Part shown: positions 23,173 to 36,916 of the stretch, piece after piece
How the letters are laid out: each line of letters starts with the position of its first letter
Position numbering within the stretch: the first letter of the stretch is position 1
Assembly (NCBI GenBank): GCA_051362555.1
Contig: CM120645.1
Coordinates: 1,240,001-1,304,000, forward strand
From: Lingula anatina
Taxonomy: Eukaryota; Animalia; Brachiopoda
Direction: 5' to 3'
DNA length: 64,000 bases
The notes under the pieces: model-generated
What the model saw: the letters and a program-made list of their open reading frames with translations, nothing else
Told to the model about the DNA's origin: nothing
The model's database searches: none
Made by a program: the position numbers and the translations under genes

Positions 23173-24783
23173 TTACCAAGTCGTCCCGGGAGGTCGTGCA
23201 ATACGCGTATAACAAATTATAACTTGATAAACATTATTATTATATGAGAGCCATTTTACTTGGATGATTCAAATTCTATTGTTCCGTAAATGTCGATTTG
23301 ATTTTCCAAAAAAATGTATATGATTACGTTTGTGATTTTGTAATTATGCACAGCTTAGTTGTAGATCTGTAAGTCAACTGTTAAGTTACGTTTGATTAGA
23401 ATTAAAAAAGAATGAGTATCGTGGAAACTTAATTTTAACGTAATGTTTTAGAAAGGTTCTGAATTCGATCTATTGAAGAGTGGTATTTTATAAAAATATT
23501 ATTTTCTTTTTATACTTGCCTGTATGAAAATACCGCTAAAATCGGCGCTAGCCGCTCTAGTGCATACTTGTACATCAATGCAAACATGCATATGTTTTAT
23601 TATATTGGAAACAATAAAGTTGCATGTGCATTTCTGTTCCATTTGCTGTTATTTATTTCAAGCATTTCACAAATGTAAAATTGTCTCAGTAAGAATGGGA
23701 ACAAAACTGTGCAGCGTGTTTGTGAGTGCTATTTATATTGATAATGTATTTATTAACGTTGAAAAATGAAGATGGGGAGGCTTTTGCCCCATCCCAACTC
23801 TGACGAAATAAGGCCTAAGGAATCAATATAACTACGCCATTGTCAGCAGAAAACCAAATCAATGAAGAAAATGGAAATTGTTGCATAACGACCCGCAGGG
23901 ATTCACAACTTTGAGCCAAAATTCCCTGATTATTTCCTATTAATAGCATTGTTTTTCTGACTTAGAAGTGCTTTTGCGTGTGGCGCTGGACAAGATTATC
24001 CGCCAATACTGTGACTAATATTAACCCTGTCTGGTGGCTAGGAAAAATGGAAGTTTAAAGAAAGTTTTAGAATGAATTTCACAAGAATAAAAAAAGATAT
24101 TCAAAATAATGAACAGAACCGACTTAAAGGATTCACCTCTTTGAATTCTAATTTCTGTGCAAACTACTTGGATCCCTACTCCCCAAAACTAATACATGTC
24201 ACCTGCAAAATGGATATATCAAAGTAAAATATAAATATACAAAAATATTTATAAGAAAATAACGCAGATTGCAAATCGTTTTAGAAATCCGATTAAAATA
24301 TCTGAAGGGTCTTCCCTGTGGCACAAAATTCCCGCCTATTTTGTGTATTTATAACATCAAATTTAATGCAAAATATGAAGGCAAAATAGATTACTCTGCG
24401 GAGCAGAACCTAAAAATGGAAACTGGTGACAATTGTTATTGAAAGAATGTAAGAGCTAACAAATTAGAGAGAAGCATCTTTTTAAAAGAAAAATAAATAA
24501 AATTAAAAAAATGGAAAAAAAATTAAAAAAAAAAAAAAAAGAAAAAATGTGCCCTTCTTATATTCTCAATAATGGTTCTCGTTTTCGTTAACTTATCCCT
24601 GCATTAACTGCTACCCAGCTACAGTTATTTTACCCACATTTTCATGAATCACTTTAAATTATATTGTGCTTTACTCATTTTGCTGCAAAATGTCTTTAAG
24701 TTCTTATAGTTTAAGAAATGTTTCCCACCCTCCAGTAGAGGCTCTACAAGTCGGATTTGTCTCCATGTGTAGTATTACTCTCC

Positions 24784-24819
<36 letters not shown>

Positions 24820-27800
24820 GTCATGCCAGCAGTCAGAAGCTGTCACATGTCCCGTGTTATCTGACTGTTTGCTCTCTATTGGTGCTATCACGGTGTAATC
24901 TCTACAAGGTGACAGGGGCTATCGGTGACACGGAGAGAGCGTGTTGCCGGCTTGTCATTCAATATTTGGTGAGAAACATGACAAATTCTCAACCGATGAG
25001 AGAGTATGTGAGGCCAGCTATGAGCTTGGAGTGGGAACGGGTTCAGTGAAGGAAGAAAATGTTGAGCAATTTATTTCTTGGGGTTTTAAATTGTCTTCGT
25101 CACTTAGTGATTGGTTTGGGCTAGAAAGGTTTCAAGCGTTCGACACACTATTTTTGTGGTAGTTTTTTCGGATTAACTGGTTATTTTATGAAAAAATGAA
25201 AGTAGTAATAATTCCAATATCAAAGTTGAAAGCATACACTTTTTGTCAAAGTTGAGAACAAATCTCAAGTACCACTCAGAACGCGTTTTATTGTAAATTA
25301 AACGAGAAGAAATGTTCTTGTAAAGTCCTGTACAAACATTAACACGCGGTCGCGGTCTTTACACACAATTATCTCCGACTCCTTTCACGGCCTATCAGAA
25401 CACATACAAACAAATAGATAACAGACCAATCAACAGAAGAAACAAACACATAAACATGTCCAAAGAGCGTGTGTTTACTGATTTTGAAGTTTGATGTCGC
25501 AAAAACGATCGGATGTGGCCCGTTGTTTCAGTGTGAATTGCAAACAAACCACATAAAAGGACCGCGTTGAACATAATCCAGCAAAAAAAATTTCGACCAC
25601 TTATTCTGGTCAAAGATTTACTTTTTCTTCAAATCCGGGTTCAGATGCAATTAAAGTATCCTTTTTACCATTTTATTAACCCGAGATATAATTGTTAAGA
25701 CTTTTTCAATCTGAAGAATGTACAGATTATCACCATTAAAAAAAGCCTTGTAGTCTGTAGTGACATTTGGGATAAGAGAGTGGCACTGTTCGTGTAGTCA
25801 GTTGTAGGATAAATCGCAATAAATTTTATTTAAATGTATATATATCTATGTAAATATATATCATATAGGATCCATCATACAACAAGTCCCAGATATCAAG
25901 AAACAATCCACACGCCTCTGGAAAAGGAACCGAATTGTTTTAGTTGAGAAGATATTGCAAATGCGACAGCGAAGAGGACTTGGGATTGCGCTGCACCTCT
26001 GTCGCATTCAATCGGTTGTGTCTCACTGCATTATATAGTTGAGATGATCGGCGCAATTCCAAATCTAAAATTCAAACAGTTTGAAGCTTTACATGATATT
26101 ACTTTGTCTGAGTCGCAGTGGGTATTGTTCCTCTACAGAAGAAGTTTCAGATAATTTAATAAAACCACTGATAAATTATTTTTGTAACCTGTTTTACGAA
26201 CGGACCAGTTTCAATTTGAGTTCAAGGGCATCAGCTGTCACGGTGTCGATGAAAGCGGGACGTAAAGCACGCAGGTATTTTTACGGTATTGTGACGGGAT
26301 ATTGAGAGGTCCTACTTTTTTGTGTCAGTGAATTCAGTTTATAAGTAAATGGAATGCTACAAAATCATATTTTCAGTAACATTCGCTCGTCAGTTCCCCC
26401 AAAAGTATGTTTTAATAACCACTTGTAAAGACCGGCTGCAGTTTTGGTTAACTTGAATATATATTAAAAACGAAATACATGTATAACTTCCTGTAGTTGC
26501 AATGATTTATAGCTTTCAGTTTGTTTGGACAATTGCGGTTTTCCGTTCCATTTTGTTGATGATAAAATCGAATAATTAAGATTCAAGTTTTAACACTCAC
26601 AACACAAATAGTGCACAAAGCGTTTTGTAAATGCGACTATCCTGTACCAGGGCTTTAATTGCGTAAAAAAGTGTGCATTCCAGCTTCGACTTGACACATT
26701 TGGAGCATCTCGTAATACGATGATGATCTATGAAATCACCCTATCTTGGCCAAAAGTTTCTGATCATTGATAAGTATGATCCTTCTTTCGAATAATCGTC
26801 AATCGGAGTGATCTGATGCATCAAATCATCAATTTGTAAAGGGAAATGTAGGAACCAAAATGTAATATTAAAAAAAAAAAGAATTTCATTTGTTCGTACC
26901 ACCAGGAAGTATACGTTGTACCCCAGAGAATGCAGTACGGGGAGTGTGTGTGTGTGTGTGGGGGGGGGGGGGGGGTAGGCTTATGTGCCGTATTCACAAG
27001 TGTGTTTGCTAGCACGTCTGTACTCGTACATCACAGGTCCAGGCTTGCCGCCCAGGCTCACCCAAACCTCCACGCCTTCATTAACACCTTCTGATTCTTA
27101 GAGGTGTCGCCGCCCCGCTGTGGTCTAGTATACTACACCGTCCCTTCACCTCAACAACATCCTCGTGCTCTCGAGCGTGCCCTCTTTCAATTAACCCACC
27201 CCGGAGTACTTAATTAAACAGGTATTCTGGCGTTTAATGGATCGGATGCCTTTAATTCCCTCGCTTCCTCTTCAAGGAACTTTAAGTCGGAATAGATTAC
27301 AAAGCTGGCCGTCAATTTCAATAGTTTAGGTTTAACAAAGCGTACTATCTGTGTCTCACCGCGGGCTGATACCTTGACTCTTATATCACTCTGCGTCATC
27401 TGCTTGGGTTATGCTACCCTGTATTACACCCTATATTATACTGCACTTAACAGGATACATATCCGATACACGAAAATAGCTCACGACTAAGCTAAGGTAA
27501 TTTAGTGAAATTAATATTTGGGGAAAAAAAAAGAAAAACAGAAAGTCCACATCGGCCTATGTGATGTAGGGTTTGCTGAGTCAAGCGGAGATTAAGCAAG
27601 GCGTATTTGTAAATATTTTCGAAAGAAGTCCGCGCCGAGTGACAAATATATGTCGGCATTTGTTTAAGGTTAGAAGACTGCAATTTATTGTGCTATAGGG
27701 GATTAGGGCGGGAAATGTTTTACCAGAAGATGGAGTGTAGAGATTGTGATAAACTGGGCCTTTTAAAAAAGTCAGCGTCAAATAACGAACTTAGAGCTGC

Positions 27801-28019
27801 GTCTGCATATCTTATCTGAAAAGTAGCTTTTATTCAGTGAATATTTGTTTTGTGTCTTGGTGAGGTAGTCTGAGAGGTTAATATTGCCGACAGCCTTAAT
27901 TGCAATTTGATTTATACAATTCACACTCTTCACACTGTCACAGCGCAAAGATTTACAGCGTATTAAGGTGAAATTTCAATAATTTTCTTCGCATGCCCTC
28001 CGCGAGTCATGTGACCGGT

Positions 28020-28130
28020 GTATTATCCAATCAAACGGAATATTTTATTCACCTGTTGACATCATTGGTCTTATCGGCCAATCAGCAAACAGCCTGAGGC
28101 AGGGGGGCCGTGAATAATTTAACCATCAAA
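28020..28130 (+). promoter_or_regulatory. Putative Wnt16 promoter with clustered CCAAT boxes
   Basis: tCCAATca at about 28027, ATTGG at about 28064 and gCCAATcagc at about 28078, roughly 400 bp upstream of the ATG. Confidence 0.5.
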
Positions 28131-28492
28131 AGAAGAGAGTCCAGAAGCTTAAGCAGCGTCTGCACGAGGTGCGGGGGAGTTAACAGCCAAGCCAACATGG
28201 AGTAGATCTATACGTCACTATCATTGACAACATCGTAGACAGTTAAAGACCGCCTTGTTACGGAGGTGCATTTTAATCCTGGCCTGCTGAACGCTCCATC
28301 TCTAGCCTTCAATTACTGGAAAAAGTGTGCAATTTTCTGCCGCAGTAAGATCTCTACGGATAAAAATACTATTCGGTGCCTGTTTGCGGTGCAGACGCGT
28401 TGCTTACTGTTAACGTGTTCATCTCGTCTTCTCCTAAGTTTTCCTGTAAGAACAAGACATGCGAGCAGCGTAGCCGGCGCCTTGGGGAGACA

Positions 28493-28701
28493 ATGGCGCA
28501 GTCAAGGTGGGGAGAAGTAGTACTAATATTAGGACTTTACCTGTGTGGGACGCACGGCCTGGCCAAGTGGATGTAAGTTAAAAGTATACTTTTGGTTTCG
28601 TGTCCAAGTCAAGTTAGATAGTCATTCCTGCTAGGGTTCTCAAGGTTTGAATATTGTCTGAGGCAGTGTAGGAAGTAAAACTCATTCCCCCCTCCACTCC
28701 C

Positions 28702-28752
<51 letters not shown>

Positions 28753-31700
28753 GAGTTTTAAAAAGGGAAAGAAAAGTTCACGAAAGGTAGAATCATGCTA
28801 AGGCCATAACCGAGTCAAATTCGTCTTTCTACACGCAGAAATAACGCTGCAGCTTGAGCATCGTTTGAAGTCTTCTCACAACTCATCCCCAAGAGATTTG
28901 TAGTTGGCCACGTGCGGCAACTTAACGCTTTCTACATGCAGTTAACACCACGTCCGCCTTATCGAGGGTATTAGGTTAAAACGCGACCTGGCTTTCCCTC
29001 GTTTCTTTATTTCACTTTAGGAATTCAACTTGTCAATCGGACAAACACTCGCAAAAGTTTCCCCTTTTCTTCCAAAATAACAGCTGATCTTGGTAAATGA
29101 CGTTTTGGATTAATTTCAATTCAGTTCAATTCATTTCTGTACTGGTACATAGATTATCATGACCTTGTACAATATGATATACTGATGACAATGCAATTGG
29201 TGTGTTACCATTTTCTAGTTGGTAATTGTGTTGCCTGTTTGTGAATGAAAAAATATATATCTTGATATAATGAACAGATGTACTAGTTAAATTAATGTGT
29301 ATGGTAACACCTCTCCCCTCTCTCCTGTAAGGTCTCTACAATACCACTGTTTATACCAGGTACCACAGCACTATTTCTCTTCCTTTGCGGTCAACTTAAT
29401 TTGCAATTAGAATGAAGTGGTGGGAAACTATTAATATGCATTTTTAGGAAATAAATAAGAGGACGTGACAGCGCCGAGAAGGTATGCGTGTAATTATTGC
29501 GAGAATGATGTTGTTGGATCTGATCTACAGGAAGTTGAAGAAATGCGGGAGCTGTCACCAGATGCCCCATACCCAGTCACTCTGTGTCACCGAGACTGTC
29601 GTTGGAAATAATAATGTCATTGCTAGGGTGCAAATTGTCTCCATGGCACGTTTATTCCGAGATATTTTATCTTGTTTTCTTGTGTAATTAGGTGGGGCTG
29701 GTTTTTGGTTTGCGGAGTAGAGATATACCAAGCAGCAATACCTGTTATGATTTTTTTTGTGTCTCTAAGGGTGTTTAGATTGCATGGCGTTACTCTCTGA
29801 ACAGACTTTCTCTTATTCTTCAAATATCCGTCATCAAGCTGGTAAAAGTTGCACGTTTGTCGTGTTCGTTAACAGTACACACCAACAGTGCATCAAAACT
29901 GCATATAATTTAATTCTGATAGTCTAGTGTGTTAAATATAGAATAACACTAGCACTTGAAAACTCCTGTCAACAACAACAACAACAAAAATTATAACAAC
30001 AACAACAATTACAACAACAATAACAATAACAATAACAATTTTAACAACAACAGTGTCATTGTTCGGCGAATCCTAGCGGAAAATAAGCTCTGTTCCTGTG
30101 TTTCTACGTACGATGTGTTTGAACGCACTGTACAGTTAACACTGAAACTCTCCAGTTAAAGTTTGTTCAGACCATGGCTTTTCTGGACCTAACATCGGGT
30201 GAAATTGCGTTCTCGGACGAGCAAATCCACAGTGACTCCAAAATTTCAGGCGTTTTCAAATCGAAGGATAAACATACTAATGGTTTGGTAACGCAGAACG
30301 CAGTATTACAAACTGTCCGCTTTGAGATGACGTTTGTTTTTAACGCTGCGTATGAAAACGCAAGCAGGAGTCGCGTGCAGACATTTGGCTTGCTATGGAG
30401 TTAAGGTAATATACCGGGTCCACGGGGGCGGCTTTAGATGATGCTCCTAACTTAATAACGCATAGGTCGCGTAAGCTGATGCTAAAGTGAGAGAGAGAGG
30501 GGCGATGTTATCTACGGCGTGGAGAAGATTGAGGTGACGACTCGGCATTCCTCGACTCTGCACACGTCTTGTGGGCTTTAACTGCACTCAATCAGAGACG
30601 AGCTACCTTTTTCTTCTGGTAGAACAGAGAAGTACGCTGTACCCTCAAACCTATCAAAGAACAGAAATTAACCGCGTAGAAAAAACAGAGCTACCTCTTC
30701 TTGTACGCTGTCATCTTGATTTGACCTTGATTGAAGAATAATTTTGCGAAATTCTTGCCATGTTTATTTTAACCGATTTTGTGTGAAAATTAACATTTTT
30801 AATCGCGAAAGAGATAATGATTTTGTACATATTTTCTGATGTCTACCGGTTCCTCACGGTGAGAGTTTAATTATTTGCTTCTTCAATATCACCAAGTGCG
30901 AGTTTCGATTGAAGAGAAAATACCGCTTCGTACTGTATATTTTTTCCTTTAAAAATTAATTTCAAAAATTAAAAATAACAATTGTGAGATTATATACGGG
31001 TATCAGTTTAAGTACTTGCTGTTCGACAACGGTAGTTGTGGTACGAGAAGCCTTTGGAGGTGGATTTTTTTTTTCTTCTTTTTATTTTTTTCGACGCACA
31101 TGCAAGTAATATGTGTTAACAGGGTAGAAGGTTACGTGCCTCTCTGTCTAAATATATTTCACTCAAACGTGCCACTGTTTCGCATAACAGAGTAGAGAGA
31201 AGGATGGACCACTACAATGTAGAGGCTGAGGTCTCATTCCCAATGAAATTAGCGTTCTACGTATAGTCTCCAACTCCGCAGAGACGCTCGCTGAAAGCAA
31301 TCAGATTGGCAGATTAACATGCCTCCTCCTGACGTTGAATAGCATTCAGAAAAGATGATTATACGAGTACGCTGAAAACGAGAGGAGGAGTGTCATTCAG
31401 TTAGGTGGACTGCATTCAGCGAGAATCCCTGCAGATTTGGATCGATCTATGTAGGCCGATAGTTCCATTGGGAATGAACCCTAAAAATAATTTTAAGGAG
31501 TGCGGGTTATAGAGAGATGGACAGAAATGGAGTCAATAGTGTCCGCAGTTGCAATTCCATGACTCAGAATTCAAGAGCAGATAGGTGATTCTGATAGACC
31601 TTAACCCACACCCCACCCACCCACCCACGATTTCTTTAGGGTGCGCAGATACTTTTATCATAGAAGAAAGTGTATTGAACTCATCCCCACATACGACCAT

Positions 31701-33791
31701 CAAAGTCACCGTTTTTCAATGCTCTTAGACTTCAGGACATTTTTGCAGTGTCTTTAATTATCTTCTCTATATCTTTTCTCAAGCTATCCATCCATGGTGA
31801 CTCCATATTTGTCCAACGAAAAACCACCACGGTTCCTATTATATATTTCATTATATGTAATAATTATAAAGATACAGTATAACATACGGGTCAACTGTTT
31901 TAGGTACCTGGGCGTCTCTTCCATCGCAACAAGCCACGACAAGATAGAAAACAAGAACACCTGTAAGGGGTTACCTCTGGACACCCAGCAAGTACAGGTG
32001 TGTAAAAAACACCCAGATTCCATCCTGTGTATCAGCACTGGGGCTCGTCAGGGGATTTACGAGTGTCAGTACCAGTTTCAACACGAGAGGTGGAACTGTA
32101 CTACAACCAAGAACCAGACCGTCTTCGGAACGTTGCTCGATAGAGGTAGGACAAATGATTGTTTAATCTGCATATCAGTTAATCAATCAGTTATATTGTA
32201 AACCAATCACATAACCGATCAATAAACAAATCAATCACTCAATCAATCAATTAAGAAAATTTCAATTAATCAATTATTTGTCGCCCGCCGTGCTTACGAT
32301 TAATCATACAAATACCGTCAATAATTTAAACAGCGATTCAGTGACATCACCTCTTTGATTTTTTTCGACTTGAGATAGAAATAATGAGAAATGTGCCAAG
32401 GAAGATGAAGCAGGTTGCTGTTAAGTTGATGTTGTTTTGTTAAGTGAAGGAACGAGACCAGCTACACATACTATAGGTGTATGGTGACGCGTTCATTACA
32501 GACAAATTAATTGTCTATTTTATTATTATTTGAGATTCAAGTAGCAATTGGCCTCGTTGGCAAATAATTTCTTCTTTAAGAAACTATGCATTTCCATTTA
32601 TATTTTATCTGTTATCAGGATAATATTTAACTTAAGCATTTTTTGGCAAACTGATCTTATTTTACCCCTGATTTTTTTCACACTGACTAAAATTCCAACT
32701 CATCCATCTGTTCGAAGCCTTTGAAACTTTCAAGATGGCGGTCATTGTTTCCGCGTGCCCTTTTTGACAGAGAATTCTACAGAAATACCTTAACATCACT
32801 GATTTGTTATACAGCGTCTTTTATTATCTTTTCAACCCTAGCCGGCGCGGGCTTTGGTACGGCAAGTGCGAGAGAACGGCGCCGCCTTTCATCTGAAACA
32901 TAAAAAGACGACGAATGTTTGTGTGAATTAGACCCTAAACATGTGTGTTTTCTTCTGTCTGTTTTGCTTCAGTGTGTTTGTGTATGAGTGCTGTACCCGC
33001 GGTATACGAGATACGCCGTACGTAGCATGGGACACCATCATCAAAGGGTTGTTATATAAGTTATATGGCGCTTAAACGTTAAAAACACGCTGGGATGAAG
33101 TGATAGTTTCTTTGAGAAACGGGTGAAAGTTAATACCCAGCTTTGAAAACATACTCCTTTTACCACAGGAACTTTTTTTCATATAAATTGCTGGAAGTGG
33201 CGTAACTCTACCCCCACACAAAGATATCTTAGAAATAGAGACATGTTGGAAATTAAATAGCAATTAAGATATTGGCGTAAAGCAGCAAGTGAAACATTGC
33301 ATTATCTTGTAATTATATTAAGCAATTTCATTACGGGTACTCGCGAAACGCTTTCGTGACGGGACTTTTTTGAAGATAATTAACCCGTGATGTCGAATGC
33401 TAAGTGTTCATTAACGGAGTGAAATGACGGTCAAGACGTTCTTTTAACACGTAACTCAATGTATGATTACGTAAAGGCGCTAACGTGTTCGGTAAGAGGC
33501 ATTTCATTTAGTTAAATGTTAATAAATAGATCAATATGCATTTTTACTTCGAAGAAGATATTCTCAGGAGCCAGCACAATGACTTAAACAATCAGTATAT
33601 TTTATAGGGTAGTTTCACATTTGTAGGTTATGAAAGGATGGTTGGTAAGCATTACAGGCAGATGCTCTAAATTTCGTGAAAGCGTTTCCCCTTGATTTGT
33701 CTTTTGAGAATATTCAGTGCATTTCATTTATCATGAAATCATACCATTTCTGTAATTTTCACACACACACTGTCTCTCTCCCTCTCTCTTA

Positions 33792-33832
<41 letters not shown>

Positions 33833-36716
33833 TCACGGAAAATCCAATTTCAATAATCCGACTATTGTCCACTATCTGATATCTTTAACTTGGCGTGGTC
33901 CAACAGGAGTATGGCCAAACATTGCGAAACCGTTCTAATAGGATATTCACGTTTTTCAACTTGCCGCTAGTTGGTTTCTAGGGTGTATTTGAAGCAGCGA
34001 TGTCCCTGGGGGTTTTGTTACCTTCACCAATACCAGATTAGGATTAGCTTAAACGATGAGAGACATGAGAAGGATAGGTGTAATATCAACAAGATAATCC
34101 CGTTAATCCCTCGCGTGATAGGATAAGCTTTTAATTGTTTTATGAATCCCGGGTAGTTAATTAATTCAAGATATCTGAAACAGTTGCGTTGTTAAACGCG
34201 ATCTGTTGCCAGCATTGAAATTGTAACAAGTTAATCTGGTTGCTTTATGTTCAGCAGATAAATTATGGCGTTACACGACGTTTTGACACATCTTTCTTTG
34301 ATAACAACGTCTTAGAGTAAACTTGTTGGGCGAAATTAAAGCGGTGACTCTCGGATTCTACCTTTGGAGGTGACTTGATAGAATAAATAGACAAGAACCC
34401 GGCCAAAATAAACCCACGAACACTATATGGGTTAAAAAGGGGCTCTATATAATCAATTATACCAATCTTATTGTGACTCCGGGTTTTGGTTTTAAACCTT
34501 ACAATTTCCCACTCTTCCCATTTCAAAAACTCAACGAAACTCATCAAATGATTCATCGATTTAATTGGTCATTTCAAGACGCGATCCTTTCAACATCATC
34601 AGTAGCGCCACGCTTGCCTTGTTAGCTCCTGAAACCAAATGCCCCGCTTTTCAATTAAATTTAATTCAATTTCGAGATCTGGCGACCGCTCATTAACTCA
34701 GCGTAGTGATAGTCATTCAGGCCTCGCAGACATTTGGCTGATGACCGTGAAATAATTACGATGTGTGTGTTTCCCCCCAGAAACGCCCCACCGAGCGTTT
34801 TAGGACCATAAATTATAGCAGTGCGGAATTAATAAACGTGCAGGTCGTCAGGGGTCGAAGCAGTGTAAACACGAACGCTCATTTAAAGGTGTAATATTCG
34901 TATTTAAACACGGGTTCGGGTTACTGCAAGGTGTCATTGTTGCTACAGTGTCGACGTGGTAGACGCAAACATGAAAGTGGGGGTTTTGTCGTTCCCATAT
35001 TATAAACATGCTGGTAGTACCCTCTACCAAGGTGGCAGATTATATGGGAAAAAACGGGAAAATCCACATAGCCAAATGACTGTCTATTTATCTAGAGAAA
35101 TATCTGTGAATATCTGTGAAAAATCAATCTGTCGCCCTGGTAGAGGGTATGTTGGTAGTAATACGGTTTGAAGGGGAAGACGTCTCGCAGGAAAAGTTTT
35201 CTCTGTAAACAGCTTGCAGTAGTTTAAGAACGCGCCATAGATTTTCATCTATTATTAAAAAGAAAACTCTGTCATTTCTTTTTTAATGCCCAGTTTGTCT
35301 CTCAGGGAATTAAAAAATAGAATAGAACATCTTAGTAATTTCTGTTAGAATGTGATAGACGTTGTAAATGACAAATATTTCATTTATTTCGCAAGAGAAA
35401 TGCGTACAAATATATAACAGAACTTTGTGAATTATTAACCAGTAAACGAGGCGATAAAACTGGCATATCTTCGGCTATTCACTTGTAAATTTGGAAACAT
35501 TATAATTGACAGTTTTATATCTTCTTTTGGTATGTGATGGCGTAGCCAAGCAGAGGGAAAGTGTCTTATTTTTCAACATTATGTGTATTGTGCTTCAGTA
35601 CTTTAGTGCTAAATAGACGATTTGGCTTTTTAGACAACTGACGCCCTGTAGTATAAAACGGTATTTTGTCACATGAAGTCTGTTTTTTGGCGGTTCAAAC
35701 ATCAGTCAAGTACCTTGTTAAACCTGTTGGGTACATTTAGTTTTGTGCATTGTAACTTGTGGGTCACCAGAGCCGTTCAAGTTATGTATTTCAAGTTGGA
35801 ATCCTTTTAGGATAACTGAATTAAATTCAGTAAGTCCAAGAGTCAGTAAATGTTTAGAGGCCATGGAGTAAACAGGCAATAAAATGTTTCTCATCAAATC
35901 GCCCCCATTATCATTTACGGTCGTCATGATTGTGTGTCGTCGGTGGATTACACCCCACCTCTTCATTACACAACCAAGAACTCGATATCCTGTCACTGTC
36001 ACAGCACTGGAGTCACGGTAGAAATAGCCGCTACTCAACTCAGTTAAAAACTTTTTGAAAAGGCATTTTTTAAAAATTGACTCAGCTTTTAATTTTTACA
36101 TGCACCAAGTATGGCGGTGTTTCTACAAGGGCGGAAGGGTTGCAGTCATCAGTAAATTATATCGATAGCTATCTTTGGTGTTGTGTCACTCTTAAATTAG
36201 CGTCCGGTTTTTAATGTGGTATATTCAGTTGCCGCGTCGGCAACATCAAACAGGACGCGCAAGCCACCGTTTATTATAAGTGGACATCTTTTAAAGATTT
36301 TATCAAAGCGTTCGACACTAATTGTCCGTATCGCCGATCTTAATCTTTATGGTGGATGTAATTTTAGTGGTTCTGGGCATCCCTTACACGAGATGCCTTT
36401 AGGCGCAGAGACCAAGAACGCCGAGATAGGTGGCCTCAGGACTGTCACGTGGGTTGTCACGTGGTACACTTACAGCGACCACCGACGGTCCAACGCCCAT
36501 GAAGACTATAGGCCTATCATTTCCAAGGTGTGGTCGCCATTTAATGCTCGGTCATATCGTAGCCGCTAAACACGGGGAGATCTGCACCTAGGTTTGGTGT
36601 CTGTCCCCTGTTTGATGCTTGTTTCATGTGCCGCTTTGAAAGTTGAATCTTTACACTTTCTGTTTGTTTTAAAAAGCGATTTTATAAATACTACGTTTTA
36701 ACACAGAAATAAGTAA

Positions 36717-36774
<58 letters not shown>

Positions 36775-36842
36775 ATGAGAGGGACAGAGAAAGAAAGGGA
36801 TAAAATGTCTTGATGTTAAACCGCAATTCGACTAGTCGTCGA

Positions 36843-36916
<74 letters not shown>
